A stretch of 64,000 nt of DNA from an uncultured Gammaproteobacteria bacterium. Lineage in GTDB: Bacteria > Patescibacteriota > Microgenomatia > UBA12405 > JAHJSD01. Shown here piece after piece: positions 40,546-48,419 of this stretch. Positions within the stretch are counted from its first letter, which is position 1. The number at the start of each line of letters is the position of its first letter. A program made the position numbers and the translations under genes. The stretch covers positions 462,158 to 526,157 of the forward strand of contig CAYRYE010000001.1 in assembly GCA_964428655.1 (NCBI GenBank). The letters run 5' to 3'. The notes under the pieces are model-generated. The model searched no databases and was not told the DNA's origin. It saw nothing but the letters and a program-made list of their open reading frames with translations.

Positions 40546-43500
40546 ATGGCTAAATCAAACTTTGTCCATTTACATGTCCACACTGAGTATTCTCTTCTTG
40601 ATGGGCTTTCGAAAATAAAACCTTTAGCCAAAAAAGTTAAGGAAATGGGAATGACCTCTTTGGCAATTACTGACCACGGAGTTATGTACGGAGCAATTAA
40701 ATTTTATAATGCCTGCAGAGAAATTGGCATCAAGCCCATTATTGGTTGTGAAATCTATATGGCCCATCGATCGCGGTTTGATAAACAACCCAAAATCGAT
40801 GCTGATCAATGCCACTTCGTTCTCTTGGCTAAAAATTTAGAAGGATACAGAAATCTAATGAAAATTGTTACTCAAGCCCACCTTGAAGGTTTTTACTATA
40901 AACCAAGAGCCGACATTGAATTATTAAAAGAAAACAGTCAAGGATTAATCGCCCTCTCTGCTTGCCTGGAGGGAGAAATTCCATCTTTAATCATTCAAGA
41001 TAATTTTAAAAAAGCCAAGGAAAAAGCTCAGGAATTTTTAGATATATTTGGTGAGGATTTTTATTTAGAAATTCAATCCCATCCCAAAATAAAAAAACAA
41101 GCTGCCGCTAACAAGGGAGTTATTAAAATATCTCGTGAATTAGGAATTCCTTTAGTCGCCACAAACGATTGCCATTATATAATTCCTGACGACGCTGAAG
41201 CCCAAGACGCCCTTATGGCAATCCAAATGCAAAAAACCCTTGATGATAAAAACCGGCTATCTATGCTTGATTCTCCCGATCTCTATGTCAAAAGCCCCAA
41301 GGAAATGGCCAGAGTTTTTTCTGATTATCCCGATGCCATTAAAAACACTGTAAAAATTGCTAAAAAATGTAATTTAGAAATAAAAACTGGTAGTTGGCAC
41401 GTGCCTAGTTTTGATGTTCCCGAAAATTACACTCCAGAAACATACCTGAGGTATTTAGTTAAAAAGGGGTTGAAAAAAAGATATCCCAAACTAACAAAAG
41501 AGATTAAAAAAAGAGTCAAATATGAACTTTCAGTCATTATTGGCAAGGGCTACGCCACTTATTTTTTAGTAGTTCAAGACTTTGTCAACTGGGCCAAAAA
41601 GCAAGGAATTAGAGTTGGCCCGGGGAGAGGATCAGTTGCCGGCTCAATTGCTTCCTATGCTTTAAGGATTACCAGCATTGATCCTCTTTTCTTTCAATTA
41701 CCTTTCGAGCGTTTTATGCATCCGGATCGGCCGTCAACACCGGATATTGACCTGGATTTTGCTGACAACCGCCGAGATGAAGTAATTGACTATGTTGTCA
41801 ATAAATATGGAAAAAACAAAGTAGCTCACATTATTAGTTTTGGCCGAATGGAATCAAGAGCGGCAGTTAGAGATGTTGGTAGAGTCATGGGTATGCCTTA
41901 TTCTGAACCAGATAAAGTTGCCAAACTTATTCCTAGTGGAAAATCAATTGTTCGGGCAATGAAAATGATTCCTGAACTAGAAGTCCTTTATCAAGAACCA
42001 AAATACAAAAAACTTCTTGATCTGGCCCAAAAATTTGAAGGAGTTGCCCGTCACGCCTCAATTCATGCCGCCGGGGTGGTTATTGGTGATAAACCTCTAA
42101 GTAATTACGCTCCATTACAACTAGAGCCTAAACAGAAAAGAAAAAGAGTTACTCAATATGACATGTACGATGTTGACATTGATGCTAATCCAAAAGCAAT
42201 TGGACTTTTAAAAATTGATTTCCTGGGTCTAAGAAATCTCTCTATCCTTGATAAAGCTTTAAAGATGGTCAAAAACGTTAGGGGAAGGAATATTGACCTT
42301 TCAGAAATACCCTTAGACGACAAAAAAACTTTTAAACTTCTTTCACAGGGTTCTACAATTGGAGTCTTTCAGTTAGAAACAGCCGGTATGCAAAAAAATA
42401 TTAAAAAACTAAAACCGACCACAATCTTTGATTTAATGGCTATGGTTGCTCTCTATCGCCCCGGCCCCATACAAACAATTCCAGAATTTATTCGTCGAAA
42501 AAACAAAGCTAAAAAAATTACCTATTTCCACCCAAAATTAAAAGATATCCTTTCCCGCTCCTATGGTCTAATCACCTATCAGGATGATGTTCTTTTAATT
42601 GCTACCCAAATCGCCGGTTACACCTGGGCAGAGGCAGACAAACTGCGTCACGCCATGAGCTCAAAAAAGGGCCGACCCGACATGGGAAAGATTAAGGGCA
42701 AATTTGTTGTGGGTTGCACAAAAAGAGGCATGAAAAAAAAGAATGCTGAAGAGCTTTTTAAATTAATTGAGCCTTTTGGCGCTTATGGTTTCAACAAAAG
42801 CCATTCGGCTTGTTACGCTACTATTGCCTATCAAACAGCCTATATGAAAGCCAACTATCCGGTTGAATTTATGGCCGCCCTCCTAACTGCTGAGGCAGGG
42901 GCTAGCTCCCAATCAAAAGAAACTAAGGTTCCTTTAGCCATCGACGAATGCCGCCAGATGGGAATTATTGTTCTGCCGCCCAACATTAACAAATCAGAAA
43001 CGGGCTTCACTACCGAAAAAAATAAAGATTCACTTAATGGACTAGCTATTAGATTTGGACTTTCTGCTATTAAAAACGTCGGTGAGGCGGCTATTGAAGA
43101 AATCCTTTCCACTCGCAGGGACGGAGGAGACTTTGCCTCCCTGACTGATTTTTGCCTAAGGGTTAACAGTCAAAAAGTAAACAAAAAGGTGATCGAAAGC
43201 TTGATTAAAACTGGAGCTGTGGATCAATTCGGTAAACGGAGCTCCATGCTGGCCAGTCTGAAACAAATCAAGGAAATGGCTGACAAAAGACAAAGAGATC
43301 TCAAAAATGGCCAAACTACCTTTTTTGCAAATCAAGCCGAGGATAAAAAGATTACCCAGGATCGTTTGGTCGAAATGGATGAATTTTCCAAAGACCAACT
43401 TTTAAAATTAGAAAGAGACCTTCTCGGTTTCTATTTATCTGAGAATCCTTTGCGCCAACAACTAGAAAATTTATCAGCGGCAGTAAGCCATAAGATATAT

Positions 43501-43989
43501 CAAGTTGCTGAAATTGAAAAAGGCAAGGTGAGAATCGCTGGAGTGATTTCCAGTCTAAGAATCGTGACTACCAGAAACGGGGGCAGAGAAATGGCCTTTG
43601 CCTCAATCGAAGATGAAACCGGAAAACTGGAAGTGGTTATCTTTCCGACAGTTTTCGAACAATCGAGAAACTCAATAATTAGCGAAAAGATAGTCATCAT
43701 TGAAGCTAAAATAGAACAAAGAGATGAGAGACAATCGTTAATCGCGGAAAAAATTATTGACAGTGAGAAAAGGGAAGAAATTGAGCAAATGGGCCAAGAA
43801 GAATTTGTTATTAAAATACCAAAAGGCACCAGCTCTGCAACTTTAGTCAAGCTGAATACTTTGCTTAAGAAAAACCCGGGTCAAAATTACGGCTCTATCC
43901 ATTTCCCGGCTGGAAAAGAATACCGAATTACATCCGGTGTTAATTGGAGTAATGAGTTAGAAATTGAAATACGCAGACTCCTTTGCTAA
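40546..43989 (+). CDS. dnaE: DNA polymerase III alpha subunit
   Basis: The N-terminal PHP domain ([15 protein letters not shown]), polymerase core motifs, an OB fold and a length of 1147 aa. Confidence 0.95.
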   Translation: MAKSNFVHLHVHTEYSLLDGLSKIKPLAKKVKEMGMTSLAITDHGVMYGAIKFYNACREIGIKPIIGCEIYMAHRSRFDKQPKIDADQCHFVLLAKNLEGYRNLMKIVTQAHLEGFYYKPRADIELLKENSQGLIALSACLEGEIPSLIIQDNFKKAKEKAQEFLDIFGEDFYLEIQSHPKIKKQAAANKGVIKISRELGIPLVATNDCHYIIPDDAEAQDALMAIQMQKTLDDKNRLSMLDSPDLYVKSPKEMARVFSDYPDAIKNTVKIAKKCNLEIKTGSWHVPSFDVPENYTPETYLRYLVKKGLKKRYPKLTKEIKKRVKYELSVIIGKGYATYFLVVQDFVNWAKKQGIRVGPGRGSVAGSIASYALRITSIDPLFFQLPFERFMHPDRPSTPDIDLDFADNRRDEVIDYVVNKYGKNKVAHIISFGRMESRAAVRDVGRVMGMPYSEPDKVAKLIPSGKSIVRAMKMIPELEVLYQEPKYKKLLDLAQKFEGVARHASIHAAGVVIGDKPLSNYAPLQLEPKQKRKRVTQYDMYDVDIDANPKAIGLLKIDFLGLRNLSILDKALKMVKNVRGRNIDLSEIPLDDKKTFKLLSQGSTIGVFQLETAGMQKNIKKLKPTTIFDLMAMVALYRPGPIQTIPEFIRRKNKAKKITYFHPKLKDILSRSYGLITYQDDVLLIATQIAGYTWAEADKLRHAMSSKKGRPDMGKIKGKFVVGCTKRGMKKKNAEELFKLIEPFGAYGFNKSHSACYATIAYQTAYMKANYPVEFMAALLTAEAGASSQSKETKVPLAIDECRQMGIIVLPPNINKSETGFTTEKNKDSLNGLAIRFGLSAIKNVGEAAIEEILSTRRDGGDFASLTDFCLRVNSQKVNKKVIESLIKTGAVDQFGKRSSMLASLKQIKEMADKRQRDLKNGQTTFFANQAEDKKITQDRLVEMDEFSKDQLLKLERDLLGFYLSENPLRQQLENLSAAVSHKIYQVAEIEKGKVRIAGVISSLRIVTTRNGGREMAFASIEDETGKLEVVIFPTVFEQSRNSIISEKIVIIEAKIEQRDERQSLIAEKIIDSEKREEIEQMGQEEFVIKIPKGTSSATLVKLNTLLKKNPGQNYGSIHFPAGKEYRITSGVNWSNELEIEIRRLLC

Positions 43990-43999
43990 AATCCTAATC

Positions 44000-44329
44000 A
44001 TGGCAATTCAGGCAAGTTGGCAAGACAAAACTAAATTTAATGTCGGCGATACCGTCAGAATTGATTACAAAATAGTTGAAGAGGGTAAAAAAGAAAGGAC
44101 TCAACCTTTTGAGGGAGTAGTGATTAGTATTCGTGGGGAAGGGGAGAGCAAAACTTTTATTGTCCGCAAGATCGCCACAGGCAGAATTGGGGTGGAAAGA
44201 ATTTTCCCCCTTAATTCTCCTTGGATTGTTAATCTAAAAGTGGTCAAGAGTCCTAAAAAAAGAATCAGAAGAGCTAAACTTTACTATCTCCGCAAAAAAC
44301 CTAAAAAAGGTAAAAAAAGACTGATTTAA
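44000..44329 (+). CDS. rplS: 50S ribosomal protein L19
   Basis: [36 protein letters not shown] matches the bL19 consensus. The start is moved to the internal ATG so it does not overlap dnaE. Confidence 0.85.
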   Translation: MAIQASWQDKTKFNVGDTVRIDYKIVEEGKKERTQPFEGVVISIRGEGESKTFIVRKIATGRIGVERIFPLNSPWIVNLKVVKSPKKRIRRAKLYYLRKKPKKGKKRLI

Positions 44330-44412
44330 TTACACAGACAAAAGCAGGAAAAATTCGAACGCATTTCAAAGAAAATTGTTAAAGTACAGTGTTTTACTTC
44401 CCCAATACTTAT

Positions 44413-44420
44413 TGTATAAT
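44413..44420 (+). promoter_or_regulatory. TG-extended -10 element (TGTATAAT) ~24 nt upstream of the first islet ORF
   Basis: Read directly: ttGTATAAT at 44412-44420. A weak -35 (TTTTAC) lies 17 bp upstream. Confidence 0.35.
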
Positions 44421-44444
44421 CGTGTAACAAATTAACGTACAGAT

Positions 44445-44966
44445 ATGGCAAAAAATGAAATAGGTATTTTTACAATAGGAGAAATCGAAGGTGATTCTCA
44501 TCTTGGAGACAGGCGAGTAAGAACAAGAATAACCGTTGCTCCGGGTTCTGTAAGACCAAAACAAATGTCAGCAGCCTCCAGGTTAGCCCGAACAACAACC
44601 CGCGGAAAAGCAAAATGTTTCGATGGCTCGAGATTCTATGTTGACGAAGACAGCCCACACCTTACCGTCGTTCACGCAGCGGAACATGTCGCACTTACTG
44701 TTGCAGAGCGTATATTTGAAAGGCAGGCTGTTAAAGCAAAAATCGAACCTTCCTCCGTATGGGTTAGCGGACTTTGCGAAACCGAAACCACCTCACGTTC
44801 TAATAGACCGCGTGCCGTCAGAATGACTTTGCGACTCGGACTTGCCGATGTGCGCCAAACAGATGCCTTAGGCGCCGCTCGCGGCTGCCATGACGTTCTC
44901 GAGCATTCACTAAGAAGAGGATTAGAAATAACAAGCGGTGTAATAACTAGAACTAGAAGAAGATAA
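44445..44966 (+). CDS. Hypothetical Arg-rich protein (173 aa) in a GC-elevated islet
   Basis: The longest ORF in a segment whose GC (~48%) is well above the flanks (~35%). There is no recognisable domain. Coding status is uncertain. Confidence 0.3.
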   Translation: MAKNEIGIFTIGEIEGDSHLGDRRVRTRITVAPGSVRPKQMSAASRLARTTTRGKAKCFDGSRFYVDEDSPHLTVVHAAEHVALTVAERIFERQAVKAKIEPSSVWVSGLCETETTSRSNRPRAVRMTLRLGLADVRQTDALGAARGCHDVLEHSLRRGLEITSGVITRTRRR

Positions 44967-45032
44967 AACAAACATCTACATTTTTCTTTTGCGATTTTTT
45001 CTCGCGAGCATCAACCAGTAGTTGGAGGAAGA

Positions 45033-45098
45033 ATGCCAATTATAGAAAGAAGAGAATTAGATTCTGATTTAGATGCTCCCATCTTAAATAGACGCTAG
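45033..45098 (+). CDS. Candidate 21-codon small ORF (MPIIERRELDSDLDAPILNRR) with a GGAGG Shine-Dalgarno
   Basis: GGAGG at 45024-45028 sits 4 nt before the ATG. The ORF lies in the 225-nt spacer between the two plus-strand islet ORFs. Confidence 0.15.
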   Translation: MPIIERRELDSDLDAPILNRR

Positions 45099-45156
45099 AT
45101 TTCTCTTGTTGTTAAGTTTACTTTCTAAAAATCTGAGATATGAATATTACACATAT

Positions 45157-45185
45157 TTGTAAATCCTTACTTCTTATCCTATAAT
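45157..45185 (+). promoter_or_regulatory. Sigma70-like promoter TTGTAA-17-TATAAT positioned for a leaderless transcript of the following ORF
   Basis: TTGTAA is at 45157-45162 and TATAAT at 45180-45185. The ATG at 45193 is 7 nt after the -10, where the transcript would start. Confidence 0.4.
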
Positions 45186-45192
45186 ACATGTT

Positions 45193-45657
45193 ATGCCAGA
45201 AAAGGGCGAAAACTTAGTAACCAGAATCAACTATAATCCCAGAGTAAAATCTGCTTTGGCCCTTGCTTTTTTCGGCGCCTCGGCTTTTGCTTTGAAAAGA
45301 TTGGAGCTTAGTCAACAACCTTTGCCTTCCGTAATGCGTGGAAGGCTTTTTGGCACTTGTGCAACTCCAGTAATTGCGCCTCTCATTGGGTTCATAACAG
45401 GGGCAGATATGCCTCGTGCGCGCGCGGCAGCAGGTCTTTTTGCGCCTTGCTACTACGAATATCTCCAAAGCATTGGAAAAGCCAAAGGAACTTTTGATCA
45501 AGGAGATTTTGCGGCTTATGCCCTTGGCGCAATCGGCTGGGCCTTGTTTGATGGATGCGCCAGGGCCCTTCACGATTCTGGTTTAACAAATCCAATTTAT
45601 GGAGCGCTCGGAATCAATAGACGTCCTCCCAGAAATCGCCCAGAGCTTGGAGAGTAA
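45193..45657 (+). CDS. Hypothetical small hydrophobic (Gly/Ala-rich) protein, probably membrane-associated, in the GC-elevated islet
   Basis: A 154-aa protein with hydrophobic stretches (ALALAFFGASAFAL, VIAPLIGFITG, AAYALGAIGWALF). Third codon positions are T-biased, consistent with real coding. Confidence 0.3.
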   Translation: MPEKGENLVTRINYNPRVKSALALAFFGASAFALKRLELSQQPLPSVMRGRLFGTCATPVIAPLIGFITGADMPRARAAAGLFAPCYYEYLQSIGKAKGTFDQGDFAAYALGAIGWALFDGCARALHDSGLTNPIYGALGINRRPPRNRPELGE

Positions 45658-45703
45658 ACCACATTTGCCATAAAGTTCACATCCACCGCACTTCCACTTT
45701 ATT

Positions 45704-45982
45704 TTATTTTCTTCTTTTGCGACCTTGCCTTTGCCTCACAACCTCTTTTGCCAGCGCCCAATTGACTACCAAAAGTTCTTGTGTTCTATTTCTGCCACCA
45801 ACTCTGTTAAAAGCGTTTTGTACGACAAAAGCTATTTGGCCTCTTTTCCCGGGGACAGGAGTGATAGGAGTAACTTGGCCTCTTCTACCATCTTCAAAAA
45901 TAGTAGCAGTATATGGCCTTAGCCCCCCCTCACTCCATATTTTCGGAGTCTTTGCTACAACGATTATTACCCTCTCCGTCAT
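45704..45982 (-). CDS. Hypothetical protein with a strongly basic C-terminal tail (RQRQGRKRRK)
   Basis: The ATG at 45982 lies 11 nt downstream of a consensus promoter. The protein reads MTERVIIVVAKTPKIW...RQGRKRRK. The ORF track extends to a TTG at 45991. Confidence 0.3.
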   Translation of the reverse strand: MTERVIIVVAKTPKIWSEGGLRPYTATIFEDGRRGQVTPITPVPGKRGQIAFVVQNAFNRVGGRNRTQELLVVNWALAKEVVRQRQGRKRRK

Positions 45983-45993
45983 TATAGTCAATT

Positions 45994-46022
45994 ATTATAA
46001 GATTTATTTTTCATTTTGTCAA
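45994..46022 (-). promoter_or_regulatory. Perfect consensus sigma70 promoter TTGACA-17 nt-TATAAT on the minus strand
   Basis: The reverse complement of 45994-46022 reads TTGACAaaatgaaaaataaatctTATAAT. The downstream ATG leaves only a ~4-5 nt leader. Confidence 0.45.
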
Positions 46023-46140
46023 AAAATCGCAATATTCCCACTAAGTATGGAACAATCGCTTTTGGGAAAATATCTTTAATTCTTTAATATAATGACCTCG
46101 GAGTCTGGCACGACCAAGGCGTGATTAAATTTTCACTCTC

Positions 46141-46214
46141 TGTGCCGCCAGCGGGATTCGAACCCGCGATTTCCACCTTGAAAGAGTGGCGTCCTAGGCC
46201 CCTAGACCATGGCG
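46141..46214 (-). tRNA. tRNA-Glu (anticodon TTC)
   Basis: The reverse complement is GCCGCCA...anticodon arm CCACT-CTTTCAA-GGTGG...GCGGGTTCGAATCCCGC...TGGCGGC-A. Confidence 0.8.
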
Positions 46215-46304
46215 GCTCTTGTCACTTACTGAGTAATTATACTACAATGGAGGTGTTATGAAAATATTGGGCGTTAAGGAAAAGAAAGGGGGTGAAGTTT
46301 TAAA

Positions 46305-46559
46305 ATGGCCGATTTAAAGGTCGGTAAGATTACCCACTACTTTGATAAAATTGGAGTCGCTGTTTTGGAAGTTGAAGAGGAAACAATCAGTGTAGGTGAT
46401 ACCATTAAAATTACTGGACATGGAGAAGACTTTGAACAAAAGATAGAATCAATGCAGGTCGAACACGAAAATGTCCAAACTGCTAAAAAAGGCACCAGCA
46501 TTGGGTTAAAAATAGAACAGCCAGTTAAAAAAGGCGACGAAGTTTATAAAGTTGCTTAA
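46305..46559 (+). CDS. Small beta-barrel protein (EF-Tu domain-2-like fold, candidate)
   Basis: An 84-aa protein with a VGDTIKITGHGEDFEQKIESMQVEHENV pattern that resembles translation-factor beta-barrel domains. This is a weak call. Confidence 0.25.
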   Translation: MADLKVGKITHYFDKIGVAVLEVEEETISVGDTIKITGHGEDFEQKIESMQVEHENVQTAKKGTSIGLKIEQPVKKGDEVYKVA

Positions 46560-46569
46560 GTAGGTAAAC

Positions 46570-47256
46570 ATGATCCATTTGTTTCACGGCGACGATAATT
46601 TCCAAAGCCGCCAGAAGCTTTTTAATGCTCTAAGGCCTTACCGGGAAACCAAATTTCTTCCTGCCAAGGAGATAACCTCTGAAAAATTAGTTAACTTAAC
46701 TGGCGGCCTTTTTTCTTCCAAAAAGAAAAGCCTGACTATAGAGAAACTTTTTTCGCTTCCTAAATCCAGTATCGAAAAGATTGTTTCTCAATTGGAAAAA
46801 ATGGGAGATGATATTGATATTTTTCTTTGGGAAAATAAAAAAATCATACCCTCGAAATTATCAGTTTTAGGCAAGAAAAGGAAAGTTTCCTTATCACAAA
46901 TCCCAGCGACGATATTTAAATTATTAGACTCAATCGGCCAAAGCAATCCCTATAATTCACTAAATTTTCTAAAATTAACTTTCAAAAGCCATCCTCCTGA
47001 ATTAATTTTATATTTAATGGAGAAAAGACTTAGAGATTTACTGATAACAAAAATTGATTCCGATAAATTAAAAATTCCTCCTTGGCAGAAAAAAAGGTTA
47101 ATGGGTCAAGTTCAAAAACTAAGTCTTGAAAAAATCAAGGACGTATATTTAAATCTAATAGAAATTGAATGGAAGAATAAAACAGGACAACTGGGAAACA
47201 GTTTAAAAAACGAACTAGTTAATCTTGTAGTATTATTAATAGATGAAAACTATTGA
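46570..47256 (+). CDS. holA: DNA polymerase III delta subunit-like (HolA, compact)
   Basis: The N-terminus MIHLFHGDDNFQSRQKLFNAL resembles the HolA start (IYLLYGEDEFL...). The protein is shorter than typical HolA. Confidence 0.4.
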   Translation: MIHLFHGDDNFQSRQKLFNALRPYRETKFLPAKEITSEKLVNLTGGLFSSKKKSLTIEKLFSLPKSSIEKIVSQLEKMGDDIDIFLWENKKIIPSKLSVLGKKRKVSLSQIPATIFKLLDSIGQSNPYNSLNFLKLTFKSHPPELILYLMEKRLRDLLITKIDSDKLKIPPWQKKRLMGQVQKLSLEKIKDVYLNLIEIEWKNKTGQLGNSLKNELVNLVVLLIDENY

Positions 47257-48025
47257 TCAGTTAACCAAAGAAGATATTAAAAATATTAAGGTTATTTGTT
47301 TTGATTGTGATGGAGTCACAACAAAAGAGGGCACTTTTATCCAAGAAAAGGGCAACGAACTGGTAGTGAAAACAACTTCTCTGTCAAACGAAACAGCCCT
47401 CAAGTTGAACAAACTCAAAAAAGATTTCTTTTTAGTCTTCTCTAGTGGCAGAAGTTTGCTTTATTTGTCCAGAATGTATGAGAAAATTCTCTGGGACAAC
47501 CTCGCTCTTCAGGCAGAAGCAGGCATTTTCACTCTTTACCAGGGAACTGTTTTTCAACAAGAAAGATTCAGTCAATATTATCTTGAAAAATCCACCAGAA
47601 TAAAAAACGAAATTAGAAAGCTTTCCGAAACTAATCCCAACATTGTTGGTTTCGAGCCAAAGCAATTCTTGGTTACTGTTCATTGTCAAAAAGAAGATGC
47701 TGAAATTCTTAAGATTGTCAAAAAACATGATCCGGAAAACGAATATTGTTGTCCTTGGAGCGGAGAAGCTTATGACATTAATCCCAAAATTTTTAACAAG
47801 GGAGCTGGTCTAAAATTCCTGCTTGATAAAATAGGATTTAAATTAGAAAATGTTTTAGCTGTAGGCAATGATCCCAACGACAAAGAAATGGTTGAACGGG
47901 CCGGGATCGGTATCACCACTGATCCTGAAAGTGTAATCAAGGGCGCTGACTTTATCACTAACAAAAAAGGAGTATTGGGAGGGCAAGAATTAATTGACAA
48001 ATTATTAGAACTGATCAATGACTAA
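47243..48025 (+). CDS. HAD-superfamily hydrolase, subfamily IIB (Cof/sucrose-phosphatase/MPG-phosphatase-like)
   Basis: Motif I is ICFDCDGVTT and motif IV is VGNDPNDKEMVERAGIGI. A cap domain lies between them. Confidence 0.6.
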   Translation: MKTIDQLTKEDIKNIKVICFDCDGVTTKEGTFIQEKGNELVVKTTSLSNETALKLNKLKKDFFLVFSSGRSLLYLSRMYEKILWDNLALQAEAGIFTLYQGTVFQQERFSQYYLEKSTRIKNEIRKLSETNPNIVGFEPKQFLVTVHCQKEDAEILKIVKKHDPENEYCCPWSGEAYDINPKIFNKGAGLKFLLDKIGFKLENVLAVGNDPNDKEMVERAGIGITTDPESVIKGADFITNKKGVLGGQELIDKLLELIND

Positions 48026-48419
48026 AGATTTTACTAATGAACCATATAGTGTTAGGGTGGAAAAACCCTGGGGCTATGAAATTGTTATTACTCCCCCCAA
48101 TGCTCCGGTAACCGGCAAACTTGCTTTTACCAACGCTGGCCAACGTTGGAGTCTCCAATATCATGAAAAAAAAACAGAAATTATTTGTCTTATCTCTGGT
48201 AAGGCAGTTTTAGCTCTTGAAAATAAAGAGATTAAAATGACGCCCTTCAAAGGTTATCTAGTCAAATCAAATCAAAAGCACCGCCTCCAGGCAAAAACCG
48301 ACTGTCTGACAGCAGAATTTTCAACCCCGGAAGCAAAAAGCAAAACCATTAGATTAGAAGATGACTATGGCCGGAAAGATGAAACAGAAAAAGACAGACA
48401 AAGATTAAGGAAAAAATGA
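48018..48419 (+). CDS. Cupin-domain protein (type II mannose-6-phosphate isomerase-like cupin)
   Basis: EKPWGYEIVITPP...SLQYHEKKTEIICLISGKA carries the cupin two-His motif pattern. Confidence 0.55.
   Translation: MTKDFTNEPYSVRVEKPWGYEIVITPPNAPVTGKLAFTNAGQRWSLQYHEKKTEIICLISGKAVLALENKEIKMTPFKGYLVKSNQKHRLQAKTDCLTAEFSTPEAKSKTIRLEDDYGRKDETEKDRQRLRKK

Noticed and set aside
44445-45660. Possibility that the GC-rich islet is an rRNA fragment, RNase P RNA or tmRNA
   Set aside because: I could not find the universal RNase P P4 sequence (GGAAAGUCC / ACAGAA...GGCUUA), tmRNA tRNA-like ends or a tag reading frame, or rRNA-like conserved blocks. The ORFs also show coding-like third-position bias. A novel structured RNA cannot be excluded.
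45717-46079. 120-aa plus-strand ORF opposite the promoter-driven minus-strand ORF
   Set aside because: Its product is low-complexity and Leu/Ser/Pro-rich with no promoter or ribosome-binding site. The minus-strand frame has a perfect promoter and is preferred.
44330-46214. Integrative element (integrase, attL/attR) at tRNA-Glu
   Set aside because: There is no integrase or recombinase ORF and no duplicated copy of the tRNA 3' end. It is only a compositional islet, so it is not called a mobile element.
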